In this document: positions 8,523 to 17,307 of the stretch, one piece after another
Layout: each line of letters starts with the position of its first letter
How positions within the stretch are numbered: position 1 is the first letter of the stretch
Virus genome (UHGV): UHGV-0170778
DNA: 64,000 bases
Source: a virus
Direction: 5' to 3' (one strand)
Translations under genes and position numbers: made by a program
Notes under the pieces: generated by a model
The model's input: the letters and a program-made list of their open reading frames with translations, nothing else
Database searches by the model: none
Told to the model about the DNA's origin: nothing

Positions 8523-8773
8523 AAGGAATAAAAAATGTTTAACTATAAAAAAGCCATACAGAGATATAGAGTTGCTAAAATTTTTGGATTACCTTTTAAG
8601 TTACGCATTAAAGTGTTTTTCAGGGGCAAAGGAACTCCAAAAGAAAATTTTGAAAAAAAGATAATTAATCATAAAAAAGGAGAGCAGGAATGACAGATGA
8701 AGATGAAATCAATATTGACATCGATTGCTTATAAGCAATGCTTATATATGCAAAACTGGAAAGGAGTAGAAGA

Positions 8774-9046
8774 ATGAACTTAAATTTTGCTGACATTATT
8801 AAAGACACAAAACTTATTAACCGTTTCTTAAAATGCCACGATGACAGCATTTTAACAGATAACGGTTGGATTAGTGTAAACGACAAACTTCCAAATAACG
8901 ATGAAGACGTAATTGCGCTGTCTGATTCTGGAGATTCACTTGTCTGTCGATATAATAATGATATGAAGCGTTGGGAAAAGTACGGTTTTACATTAGATAT
9001 GAATTTTATTTATTGGAGAGAACTGTACAAATACAGAAAGGATTAA
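8774..9046 (+). CDS. DUF551-like small phage protein (paralogue of 8194..8415)
   Basis: Start moved to the ATG preceded by AAGGAG. NGWISVNDKLPNNDEDVIALSD. Confidence 0.5.
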   Translation: MNLNFADIIKDTKLINRFLKCHDDSILTDNGWISVNDKLPNNDEDVIALSDSGDSLVCRYNNDMKRWEKYGFTLDMNFIYWRELYKYRKD

Positions 9047-9050
9047 GTCA

Positions 9051-9425
9051 ATGACCAACAAAGAAAGAAAACAGACCGGTCTGTTGCATTCAGCAGATGA
9101 ACTGAAACGGCTCATTTTAGAACACCAAGAGTTGCCGATTTTGGTACTTGCCGGAGATAATGCGAACACTGGCGACTATGGCTTTATGAGTTGTAGCCGT
9201 GTACGCGCACAAGAAGGCGAGTTTCTTGATTGTAAGCAGAAAATCGACGCATGCAAGTGCTACACAGATAGGGATGACTTTGAAGACGATGTGGCAGATT
9301 TTTTGGCTGGTGAAGAACAGTATAGAGATTTGCCGGACGATGAATTTAATGCCCTCGTTGAGCAAACAGTCAATGAGTACGATGATTTTTGGAAGCCATG
9401 CATTCTATTGCATGTAGACAATTGA
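9051..9425 (+). CDS. hypothetical acidic protein
   Basis: 124-aa ORF. Confidence 0.45.
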   Translation: MTNKERKQTGLLHSADELKRLILEHQELPILVLAGDNANTGDYGFMSCSRVRAQEGEFLDCKQKIDACKCYTDRDDFEDDVADFLAGEEQYRDLPDDEFNALVEQTVNEYDDFWKPCILLHVDN

Positions 9426-9436
9426 GGAGGATTAAC

Positions 9437-9616
9437 TATGATGCTCTCATGTAATCGATTTGCGTTTATTCCACATTTGTGTCTTGAATGCAAACGTTAT
9501 ATTTGGCTTGAGGGATATAGAAGAGCTGAAGTTTGGAAAAAATCTGTAGATATGAACATCAAAGAAAATATTTGCAAAAGTTGTCTAGAAAAATTTGATG
9601 TTGGGATTGATAAATG
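9437..9616 (+). CDS. small zinc-ribbon-like protein
   Basis: 59-aa ORF below the track cutoff with GAGGAGG RBS. CLECKRY...CKSC. Confidence 0.35.
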
Positions 9617-9627
9617 AAAGGAGAAAA

Positions 9628-9807
9628 ATGGCTGACAAATTTGTTATTTGCAATAACGAAGACGAAATAAGATCGAATGAATCATGTTATGGTAATCAAA
9701 CATTTGAAATTTCGGCAAAAGATCTTATAGCTCTTTTTGAAGGAAAGACACTTGCTGCAATGGTAAATGATGAATACGGTATATTTATTGAAATAGAGCC
9801 AACTTAG
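9628..9807 (+). CDS. hypothetical small protein
   Basis: Start at MADKFVICNN with AAAGGAG RBS (the track start at 9595 lacks an RBS). Confidence 0.4.
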   Translation: MADKFVICNNEDEIRSNESCYGNQTFEISAKDLIALFEGKTLAAMVNDEYGIFIEIEPT

Positions 9808-9850
9808 AATCTCAAGGAGAATCAAGCATGAAATTTATAGAGGTAGAAGA

Positions 9851-10027
9851 ATGAAAGCAGGAGCACATAGAAAAAAGTATAAGTATATACCGCCTGAAAA
9901 GAGAGTAAGCAAAAAAGAGCAAGAAAGGATAATGCGTAGGGAGCTTCGTAAAGCTATGCGAAAAGCAAGTCCGTTTTATGCTTGGGTTGAAGATAATTGT
10001 GAAAGGTATTTTGATGATGAAGTGTGA
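9851..10027 (+). CDS. small basic protein
   Basis: 58-aa ORF below the track cutoff, MKAGAHRKKYKYIPPEKRVSKKEQERIMRRELRKAMRK... Confidence 0.3.
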   Translation: MKAGAHRKKYKYIPPEKRVSKKEQERIMRRELRKAMRKASPFYAWVEDNCERYFDDEV

Positions 10028-10229
10028 AAATTGTATTCATTTTGAGCTTTGTCCTGTGTGGGACAAGGATAACAATCGCCCTTATAAAGACGGCTATAGT
10101 TATTTCTGTCAAAATTACAGTAGATTCATAGATAAATCGCAAATAATCAAGTTACCTATGAAGACAACAGATAAACTGAAAGAAGAATTAACAAAATACT
10201 GTTACGAAAGGTGTGTTGATGAGTTATGA
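10014..10229 (+). CDS. small CxxC protein (MMKCENCIHFELCPV)
   Basis: Start moved to the internal Met, overlapping the upstream stop. A member of the CxxC-x-H[YF]-x-xC small-protein family. Confidence 0.4.
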   Translation: MMKCENCIHFELCPVWDKDNNRPYKDGYSYFCQNYSRFIDKSQIIKLPMKTTDKLKEELTKYCYERCVDEL

Positions 10230-10627
10230 CTTGCAAAGATTGTTACCACTATGGTGTATGCAAATTTTATAATAAGAATTTACCAGAAGAATATGACCAT
10301 ATTGAGTGGCAATGCGACAGTTTCAAGGACAAATCATGCATTGTTGAATTGCCCTGTAAGGCTGGGGAAACAGTATATTGTCTTGATGACATTGTAGATA
10401 ATGAATTATGTGCTGACTGTGAACACTATTATGAGGGTGGTATGGGTGATTATCCGAGTTGTCAAAAAACTCGTTATGGTTTTAGACCTGCAAAATGTAT
10501 CGAAATTATCGAGATAGTCGCAGATAATGATTTCGTGTTGAAATATTACAACGAGTTTGGTGAAAAAATATTTCTCACCAAAGAGGAAGCAGAAGCAAAA
10601 CTGAAGGAGTTGAACGGAAATGAATAA
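10226..10627 (+). CDS. Cys-rich protein (MTCKDCYHYGVCKFY ... CADCEHYYEG)
   Basis: 133 aa, ATGA overlap. Confidence 0.5.
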   Translation: MTCKDCYHYGVCKFYNKNLPEEYDHIEWQCDSFKDKSCIVELPCKAGETVYCLDDIVDNELCADCEHYYEGGMGDYPSCQKTRYGFRPAKCIEIIEIVADNDFVLKYYNEFGEKIFLTKEEAEAKLKELNGNE

Positions 10628-10826
10628 AGAATTAGCAAGATATTTTGTGAAATTGATTGCGGAAGATTTGCAATTTTCATTCAATGGGATGGGTATTCCA
10701 AGTTATCTTTGTGAATGGTTAGAAAATCAGTTAATACAAGAAAATTATGATGAAGTCGAAGAATTTATAAAGAAAAGATATGACGAACGCGAAAGCACAA
10801 GAAAGAAAACACGTGATGAAACTTAA
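10620..10826 (+). CDS. hypothetical small protein
   Basis: 68-aa ORF. Confidence 0.4.
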   Translation: MNKELARYFVKLIAEDLQFSFNGMGIPSYLCEWLENQLIQENYDEVEEFIKKRYDERESTRKKTRDET

Positions 10827-10864
10827 AATTATTGATAGCTTAAAATCAAGGAGGTAAGTTAGCT

Positions 10865-11326
10865 TTGGAAATAGATGAAATGAAATATTTCCTTAGTAAT
10901 GAACTAAGTGAACTTTCAGATATAACAGGGATGTACTTTGATATTCAGTCAGTTGTATATCGAGAAAATTTACATATATGCATTCAAAAATTAAAGTTAA
11001 GGGCATTTCATCAAGATATCTGCTTTGAATGTAAACTAGACATAAACAATGCAATAGCACACTTTGCTTCTTTGATAGCTATGTGCTATGTTATAGATGG
11101 TGAATATTTATATGAAACAGACAGCTTACTTTATGCTAACCAATTCAAAGCACAAAAATTCGTCATCGAAGTTGTAGATAAGTTCAATGAAATATACAAC
11201 AACTGCAAAGATGTAGAAAAGAGCATAAACGCACTTGAAGCATTTTATGAAACAAACTATGAAGTAAACACACAGGTTGACGATGAAAGATCATTTAGTA
11301 TGAGTAAGGATAATAGTGAACTATGA
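10865..11326 (+). CDS. hypothetical protein
   Basis: 153-aa ORF, AGGAGGTAAG RBS. Confidence 0.45.
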   Translation: MEIDEMKYFLSNELSELSDITGMYFDIQSVVYRENLHICIQKLKLRAFHQDICFECKLDINNAIAHFASLIAMCYVIDGEYLYETDSLLYANQFKAQKFVIEVVDKFNEIYNNCKDVEKSINALEAFYETNYEVNTQVDDERSFSMSKDNSEL

Positions 11327-11438
11327 CACATTAGATGCGTTGTTGTACAGAGTATGTCTACTATATTGCAATGCAAGACTAAAGTATTCATATATGTACA
11401 TAGAAATGACCAGGTAAATTACCTGTTCTGTATTTTTG

Positions 11439-13091
11439 TTATTTTACATATGCATAAACAGCTTGACCACAATCATAAACAGGTAACCATCCGTGATCAA
11501 TCATCAATTCTTCATTTGAGGTTCCTTTTCCGTAATCTGTGTTGAAAAGTTGATCGTATCCTCGTTGACGTAAGAGATTTGCAGTTATTTTATTATTCTC
11601 CAACGACCATATTTCTTGAGGAGGTGTATTCTTAACAAAATGCATACCTAATTTGCTATAAACAGATCCGTCAAATTTAGATAAATCACAATAGGAAATT
11701 ATATTGTTCAGATGATAATGAGAGACGGCGTATTTGAAGAGTTTTGAAGCCCCGCCAGTAATTTTATATCTACTGTTTGAGCAAAGTCGAAGAAGTTCAT
11801 ATTGATAGTTTCTATTATATCTAGAATTACCAAAAGTCATCACTTCAACAAGTTCTCCTTTATACATCAATCCTACTCGAATATTCTGTCCTTTACATGT
11901 ATTCTGGATATGATACTTACATAAGAATTCGTCGCATTCTTTCTTACCTATCTCTACAATTTTGCAGTTACGGGCATATATAACTTCTTTCTTTGTCAAT
12001 AGCTGGATGACTTTGTCCCAGTTATCCCAATCAAAGATATGAATACATCTGAATCCGTTTTCTTTAGCAATATTAGTCTTCTCTAAATGGTAACCTTTAT
12101 CTACAGTAACATTCCAATGGTTTCCAACAATGTTGTGAGTATAAGTAGGATCAATTTCTATTAGAATGTTAGTGTCAAGTATGTGTAAGTCGTAAAATTT
12201 TCCACTTAGATAAAATTCTAACTCTCCGTTTTCATTTGCTGCTTTTACAGCATCTAAAAATTTCAAATTTGTTTTAGATATCCTGTTTTTTCTGCACTGA
12301 GCGTCATTTGTCAAGCAGCCATAAGGAACTCCGTATTTCTTCATACATGTTTCTTGTATTTTCATTTGAATTGTTTCAGATTTTGAAGGGTTATCTACTC
12401 CTAAGTGTTCGATCCAAGTCTGCTTTGCTTTTTCGTCTATTTCGTCAGGCCAAAAAGACCCATAGTTCGCTATTCTATGTTCCATAGCTATTTTATTTAT
12501 TGATTCCACCTGCATTGGATTTTCTTTTCCATATCGTTCCATCATTGTTTGTTTTGCTTTTTCTGTAAATTGATCTATTTTAGATGGATTAGCTTTGCCA
12601 TACTTTGCCTCCATAGTTGCTTTGTATTTATCATATAACTGTTTACTCTGTAAAGTAGTAGGAGCACCGTATCGTTCAGTCATAGTTTTCATTGATTTTT
12701 TCTTTATTTCTGGATCGCTCAATGCCCAGTCAACACCAAATTTCTTCTGGTTAGATGCTTTTGCTTTTTCATAAAATTGATCTGATTGCAAAGCAAATTC
12801 AACACCATACTTATCTTTCATAGATTTTCTGTGATGAGCTTGAACTTCTTTGTTTTGCATAGGATGATCTACACCATATTTTTCTCTACATCTCATCTTT
12901 CGTAATTGAGCTTTACATTCTTTGGAACACGGAGGAGGCTGTTGTCTTGAATTCCATATCATTTGTTTACCACAAACAGGGCAAGGAACATAATGATCGT
13001 CATTACATATTTTAGTAGAACTTCTTTCTGGCATAAATATTTTGCCACATATAACACATTTCTTCGGACTCTTTGGAACACCTTTAGGCAT
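11439..13091 (-). CDS. homing-endonuclease-like protein, paralogue A
   Basis: The only substantial minus-strand gene. Architecture: zinc ribbon (CVICGKIF ... CPVCGK), about 9 tandem approximately 33-aa [KR]YG[VA]xxPxQ repeats, PD-(D/E)xK core (ILIEIDPTYTHN ... YHLEKT ... GFRCIHIFDWDNWD), and a conserved C-terminal domain. Start moved to MPKG. Confidence 0.65.
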   Translation of the reverse strand: MPKGVPKSPKKCVICGKIFMPERSSTKICNDDHYVPCPVCGKQMIWNSRQQPPPCSKECKAQLRKMRCREKYGVDHPMQNKEVQAHHRKSMKDKYGVEFALQSDQFYEKAKASNQKKFGVDWALSDPEIKKKSMKTMTERYGAPTTLQSKQLYDKYKATMEAKYGKANPSKIDQFTEKAKQTMMERYGKENPMQVESINKIAMEHRIANYGSFWPDEIDEKAKQTWIEHLGVDNPSKSETIQMKIQETCMKKYGVPYGCLTNDAQCRKNRISKTNLKFLDAVKAANENGELEFYLSGKFYDLHILDTNILIEIDPTYTHNIVGNHWNVTVDKGYHLEKTNIAKENGFRCIHIFDWDNWDKVIQLLTKKEVIYARNCKIVEIGKKECDEFLCKYHIQNTCKGQNIRVGLMYKGELVEVMTFGNSRYNRNYQYELLRLCSNSRYKITGGASKLFKYAVSHYHLNNIISYCDLSKFDGSVYSKLGMHFVKNTPPQEIWSLENNKITANLLRQRGYDQLFNTDYGKGTSNEELMIDHGWLPVYDCGQAVYAYVK

Positions 13092-13139
13092 ATAATAAAT
13101 CTCACTTTCAATATTATTATTAAATATAAGGTACATATA

Positions 13140-13168
13140 ATATAACGAAATTCAAAAACGAATTGAAA
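13140..13168 (-). promoter_or_regulatory. diverged minus-strand copy of the cassette promoter, driving paralogue A
   Basis: The minus strand reads TTTCAA - 17 bp - TTATAT within tttcgttatattatatgt, one mismatch from the cassette tttcgttataatatatgt. Confidence 0.4.
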
Positions 13169-13219
13169 CCTTATATACTCATAGAACAACAAAGTTAAAA
13201 ATATAAAGGAGATTTATAT

Positions 13220-13765
13220 ATGTTTACACCATTAGCAATGGGAACAAATCACATGTTAGGCGTAGATTCTTATGTCCCCCTAACAACAAACAACTTTGAA
13301 ATTCGAGTGTATAACATGGATGGAAGTGTACCAACAGAATTCTCAGAATTGTTAACATTGAGCACTGATGAAATTGGAGCTATCCAGGAAGAAGAAGATC
13401 AGATCGTTGTACATTATGGAAATGGTCTAATCAAATTCCCGAGTAAAGTATCTTTCAACGATGTAGACTGGACATTGAATTGCTATTGCTCTCCTAATGT
13501 TTATGAAAATCTTCGTGCTTGGAGAAAAATGGTTTATGATCCTGATACAGAGAGAATGGGTCTTCCTACGGAGTATATGAAGCAAGTCTATTTCATTAGA
13601 TATGATGGCCAAGGAAATTGCAGAGATGTAATTAAGTGTCCAGGCTGCTGGCCAGGAGCTCTCAATAATGGTTCCATGAACCAGACTGGTGGTGAACTAG
13701 TTAAAGTAAGTTTGCCGCTAGTTATTTCCAGAGTCATCTACTTGAAACCTGAAGATTTTCAGTAA
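13220..13765 (+). CDS. hypothetical protein
   Basis: 181-aa ORF between the two endonuclease paralogues, GGAGAT RBS. Confidence 0.5.
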   Translation: MFTPLAMGTNHMLGVDSYVPLTTNNFEIRVYNMDGSVPTEFSELLTLSTDEIGAIQEEEDQIVVHYGNGLIKFPSKVSFNDVDWTLNCYCSPNVYENLRAWRKMVYDPDTERMGLPTEYMKQVYFIRYDGQGNCRDVIKCPGCWPGALNNGSMNQTGGELVKVSLPLVISRVIYLKPEDFQ

Positions 13766-13848
13766 TTGAAGTCAAAATTTACAGTCAAGGCAAGCTAAGG
13801 AACATAACCTTTTATCTATTCGTTATATAGATAGGAGGTTATGTTTTT

Positions 13849-15408
13849 ATGATCAAAAAATGTAAGATATGCGGAAAAGAGTTTGAAGCATATGGTACTT
13901 CTGAATATTGCCCAGGCCCTCACTATAAAAAATGTGCTGTTTGTGGTAAAGAGTTTGAATGGGATAGATTGCATCCTAAGAAATGTTGTTCGAGGAAATG
14001 TGCAGCAGCTCTTCGACTTTCTACTATATCATCAGAAACAAGAATATGCGAACTTTGTGGGAAAGAATTTCATCCTAATAATAGTACGCAAAAATACTGT
14101 AAAGATGATCATTACAGACCTTGTCCTGTGTGTGGGAAACCAATTAAAATAACTGAAGACACAAGCATTACTTCTTGTTGTTCTGTTGAATGTAGTAATG
14201 AGCTTAGAAAGAGGACATGTATTGATAAATATGGAGTTCCTATTGTATCTCAGAATGACGAAATACGACAGAAATTGAGTCAAGCTTCAATAGAATCAGA
14301 AAATAAGAGAAAAGAAACATGTATCAAACGATATGGAGTTGAATTCGCTTCTAAATATTCTGAGGTTAGAAGAAAAATATCGAATACAGTTAAAAGCAAA
14401 GAATGTCAAAGTAGAATTAGAAATACGACACAACACAAGTATGGAGTTCCGTTCGTAATGCAATGCGAAGAAGGATTATCTAGATATAGAAAAACAATAG
14501 AATCTAAATATGGAGTTCCATATTTTTGTATGACAGATAAATGCAAAGACTCGCAAGGGAAAGTAATTTCGACTCTAAATAAAAGTTTTGGAAACTTATT
14601 GAGTCAAAATAACATACCATATACATTTGAATACAAGATAGAGAATAGATCGTATGATATTTGCGTCCCTGGATCAAAAACACTGATCGAAATTGATCCT
14701 ACATATACTCATAATGTTATTGGAAATTGTTGGGGACCTGGCTTAGAGATCAATTATCATATAGAGAAGACAAAATTAGCAAATGAATATGGATTCAGGT
14801 GTATTCATATTTGGGATTGGGATGATTGGGATAAGATAATAAATATCATCAGGCCAAAATCCGTCATATATGCTAGAAAATGTAAAATAAGTGTGATTGA
14901 TCGAAAAACAGCAGAATCTTTTGAAATTGATAATCATTTACAAGGCGCTGTAAAAGGACAATCTATTTGCTTAGGTCTATTTTATTGCAATGATCTAGTA
15001 CAGGTCATGACTTTCGGTAAACCTAGGTACAATAAAAACTACGATTGGGAACTGCTTAGACTCTGTTCCATTTCTGATTATGCAGTTGTAGGCGGAGCAG
15101 AGAAGCTATGGAAATATTTCATAAGTAGACATGTATCAGATTCAGTTATTTCTTATTGTGATTTGTCTAAATTCAAAGGAGATGTTTACACGAGATTAGG
15201 TATGTCCTTAGACTTTGTAAACGAACCCAATAAAATATGGTCTAAGAAATCTGAAATGATAACCAATAACTTACTCCTTCAACGAGGGTACGATCAATTA
15301 TTCAATACAAATTATGGAAAGGGGACCTCAAACGAAGAATTGATGCTGGAACACGGATGGTTGCCGGTTTATGATTGTGGTCAAGCAAGATATACATGGA
15401 GTAATTGA
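13849..15408 (+). CDS. homing-endonuclease-like protein, paralogue B
   Basis: Two tandem approximately 60-aa Cys zinc-ribbon modules (CKICGKEF..CAVCGKEF..CCSRKC, CELCGKEF..CPVCGK..CCSVEC), 4 KYGV repeats, LIEIDPTYTHN...YHIEKTKLANEYGFRCIHIWDWDDWD, and C-terminal IYARKCKI...NHLQG...VVGGAEKL. Confidence 0.65.
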   Translation: MIKKCKICGKEFEAYGTSEYCPGPHYKKCAVCGKEFEWDRLHPKKCCSRKCAAALRLSTISSETRICELCGKEFHPNNSTQKYCKDDHYRPCPVCGKPIKITEDTSITSCCSVECSNELRKRTCIDKYGVPIVSQNDEIRQKLSQASIESENKRKETCIKRYGVEFASKYSEVRRKISNTVKSKECQSRIRNTTQHKYGVPFVMQCEEGLSRYRKTIESKYGVPYFCMTDKCKDSQGKVISTLNKSFGNLLSQNNIPYTFEYKIENRSYDICVPGSKTLIEIDPTYTHNVIGNCWGPGLEINYHIEKTKLANEYGFRCIHIWDWDDWDKIINIIRPKSVIYARKCKISVIDRKTAESFEIDNHLQGAVKGQSICLGLFYCNDLVQVMTFGKPRYNKNYDWELLRLCSISDYAVVGGAEKLWKYFISRHVSDSVISYCDLSKFKGDVYTRLGMSLDFVNEPNKIWSKKSEMITNNLLLQRGYDQLFNTNYGKGTSNEELMLEHGWLPVYDCGQARYTWSN

Positions 15409-15560
15409 TTGTAAATTGCATACTAGTATGATATTTTGAATATGTATGCATGAAATTTAATTCAATGATATGTATAATATATAATACAGTAATTAAATAA
15501 AAATAGTCATCTAAATATAACCTTATTTACGTGTAAATAAATATTATTAAGGAGTTTATC

Positions 15561-15929
15561 ATGAAAATCAAACGTACTAAAGTCAATTGTTCAACTGATT
15601 CTGACGGATATATGTTTATCGATGAGCTTGAAAGACTTGTTAAAGAGGAATATGGTGACAAAACAGAATTTTATTCTGAACCTTCTGCACAAGGAGATTA
15701 TACAGGGTACGATATGATTCAAGTCATTTTACCTCATGATATATATGATGTTGAAGAAGACTATATCTTTAACTTTTCTTTCAAACTTAAGGAGGAAGAT
15801 TCAGTTATACAAGATGTAGGATATTTAGATGCAGCTAAACATTACTTCGATATTATCAAAGATGAAATTGATGAATCCAGAAAATATTATACAGATGAGT
15901 ATGATGATGAATACGATGAGTATGCCTAA
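15561..15929 (+). CDS. highly acidic small protein
   Basis: 122 aa ending DEYDDEYDEYA, AAGGAG RBS. Confidence 0.5.
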   Translation: MKIKRTKVNCSTDSDGYMFIDELERLVKEEYGDKTEFYSEPSAQGDYTGYDMIQVILPHDIYDVEEDYIFNFSFKLKEEDSVIQDVGYLDAAKHYFDIIKDEIDESRKYYTDEYDDEYDEYA

Positions 15930-15942
15930 TTAAAATCAAAAC

Positions 15943-15975
15943 GCAGCAAGATCAAATTCTTGCTGCTATTTTTAT
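15943..15975 (+). terminator. rho-independent terminator (cassette copy 3)
   Basis: Stem gcagcaaga/tcttgctgc, then tatttttat. Confidence 0.6.
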
Positions 15976-16006
15976 GTCCAAAATATTAAAAAACTATTAA
16001 GAACAC

Positions 16007-16035
16007 TTGAATTTATATCAATATTTCGTTATAAT
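16007..16035 (+). promoter_or_regulatory. sigma-A-type promoter (cassette copy 3)
   Basis: TTGAAT - 17 bp - TATAAT. About 90 bp near-identical to copy 2. Confidence 0.6.
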
Positions 16036-16115
16036 ATATGTGTAATAAAAGATAAATAGATGTAATGAGGTGTCACAAAGAACTACAAACCTACCAATAC
16101 AGAAAGGTGTTTATT

Positions 16116-16268
16116 ATGAAGTATTATGTAATATCTTATGAAAACGGAGAAACAAGATACGGTGAATTTGCAGACTATATGAGTGCGTTAAATTATGCAG
16201 AAAGCCGTAACGGAGGTTATGAATTTACGATTGAAGAATATGACAGCGAAGATGATTACTTTTGCTAA
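16116..16268 (+). CDS. hypothetical small protein
   Basis: Track ORF 16065..16268. The internal Met MKYYVISYENG has an AAAGG RBS. Acidic C-terminus. Confidence 0.35.
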   Translation: MKYYVISYENGETRYGEFADYMSALNYAESRNGGYEFTIEEYDSEDDYFC

Positions 16269-17099
16269 TTGAAAGGAGTATTACACATGACTAAAACAGA
16301 ATTGAGAGAGGTACTCGATTTGCATCAGAAATGGCTGAATCTTGAAGACGATGGAGTCAGAGCTAATCTGCATGATTGTGATCTAAGTGGTGCTGACTTG
16401 CAAGGTGTAGATTTAAGTAGGGCTAACCTGCTGAGAGCAAATCTACACGGAGCTGATTTACGAGGAGCATATTTAGGTGGGTGTAACTTGTATGAAGCTG
16501 ATCTCAGTTGCGCAGATATGCAAGGAGCTATCTTTCACAATGCTAACTTTACAGGAGCTAACCTTCGAGAATCAAATCTAAGCGGTTCTGATATGTTTTT
16601 AGCTAACTTGAAGAGAGCAAATTTGCAAAAAGCTAATTTAGTAGAAGCAGACCTATTTCAAGCTAACTTGAAGAGAGCAAATTTGCGTGAATCTGACTTG
16701 CGTGAAGCTAACCTAGTAGGGGCTGACTTACGGGGAGCAGATTTGCGTAGTGCAAGAAATGTACCTTTCATTCCTCTCATTTGTCCGGAAAAGGGTGAAT
16801 TTACTTCTTTCATTAGATGTGGTGACTATATTGTAGAACTTTTGATTCCAGCTGACGCTAAACGGTTTTCTGCAACCACAAGAAGATGCTGGGCAAATTA
16901 TGCTAAAGTTCTGTCAATCACAACATTGTCTGGAGACCCTGTCGAAACGATTAGTGTAACAGATACTGAAGTTTCTCCAAACATTGTATACACAGTCGGA
17001 GAATTTGTATATCCGAATTACTTTAGTGATGACCGGTGGGACGAATATTACGGTGGTATCTATTTTTTCATCAATCGACAAGAAGCTGTAAACCATTGA
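16269..17099 (+). CDS. pentapeptide-repeat protein
   Basis: About 27 consecutive A[DN]LxG-type pentapeptides (ANLHD CDLSG ADLQG VDLSR ANLLR ANLHG ADLRG ...), then an approximately 110-aa non-repeat C-terminus. GAAAGGAG RBS. Confidence 0.75.
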   Translation: MKGVLHMTKTELREVLDLHQKWLNLEDDGVRANLHDCDLSGADLQGVDLSRANLLRANLHGADLRGAYLGGCNLYEADLSCADMQGAIFHNANFTGANLRESNLSGSDMFLANLKRANLQKANLVEADLFQANLKRANLRESDLREANLVGADLRGADLRSARNVPFIPLICPEKGEFTSFIRCGDYIVELLIPADAKRFSATTRRCWANYAKVLSITTLSGDPVETISVTDTEVSPNIVYTVGEFVYPNYFSDDRWDEYYGGIYFFINRQEAVNH

Positions 17100-17118
17100 C
17101 GAAAAGGAGAAAATAGAT

Positions 17119-17307
17119 ATGAATAAGGAATATCGTTATGGTATGCTACACAGACCTTACGGTATTGGATGTCAACCTAGTAAAGGTCTAATTCTCGCTT
17201 ACGGTGAATATCCAAACTTCGGCAAGAAGTATTTCAGTGTATTAGTATACGACAGAAAATTGACTAAGAAAGAAATTGACGAATATGAACTGGAGGAAAT
17301 CAAATGA
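17119..17307 (+). CDS. hypothetical small protein
   Basis: 62 aa, AAAGGAGAAAA RBS. Confidence 0.4.
   Translation: MNKEYRYGMLHRPYGIGCQPSKGLILAYGEYPNFGKKYFSVLVYDRKLTKKEIDEYELEEIK

Noticed and set aside
12959-13192. Small ORFs on both strands across the paralogue A start region
   Set aside because: They overlap the Zn-ribbon coding region and its promoter. They are AT-rich junk frames.
15409-15560. AT-rich 150-bp spacer after paralogue B with TATAAT-like strings
   Set aside because: Several TATAAT-like hexamers are present, but none has a properly spaced -35 and none resembles the conserved cassette. Too AT-rich to call a promoter by eye.
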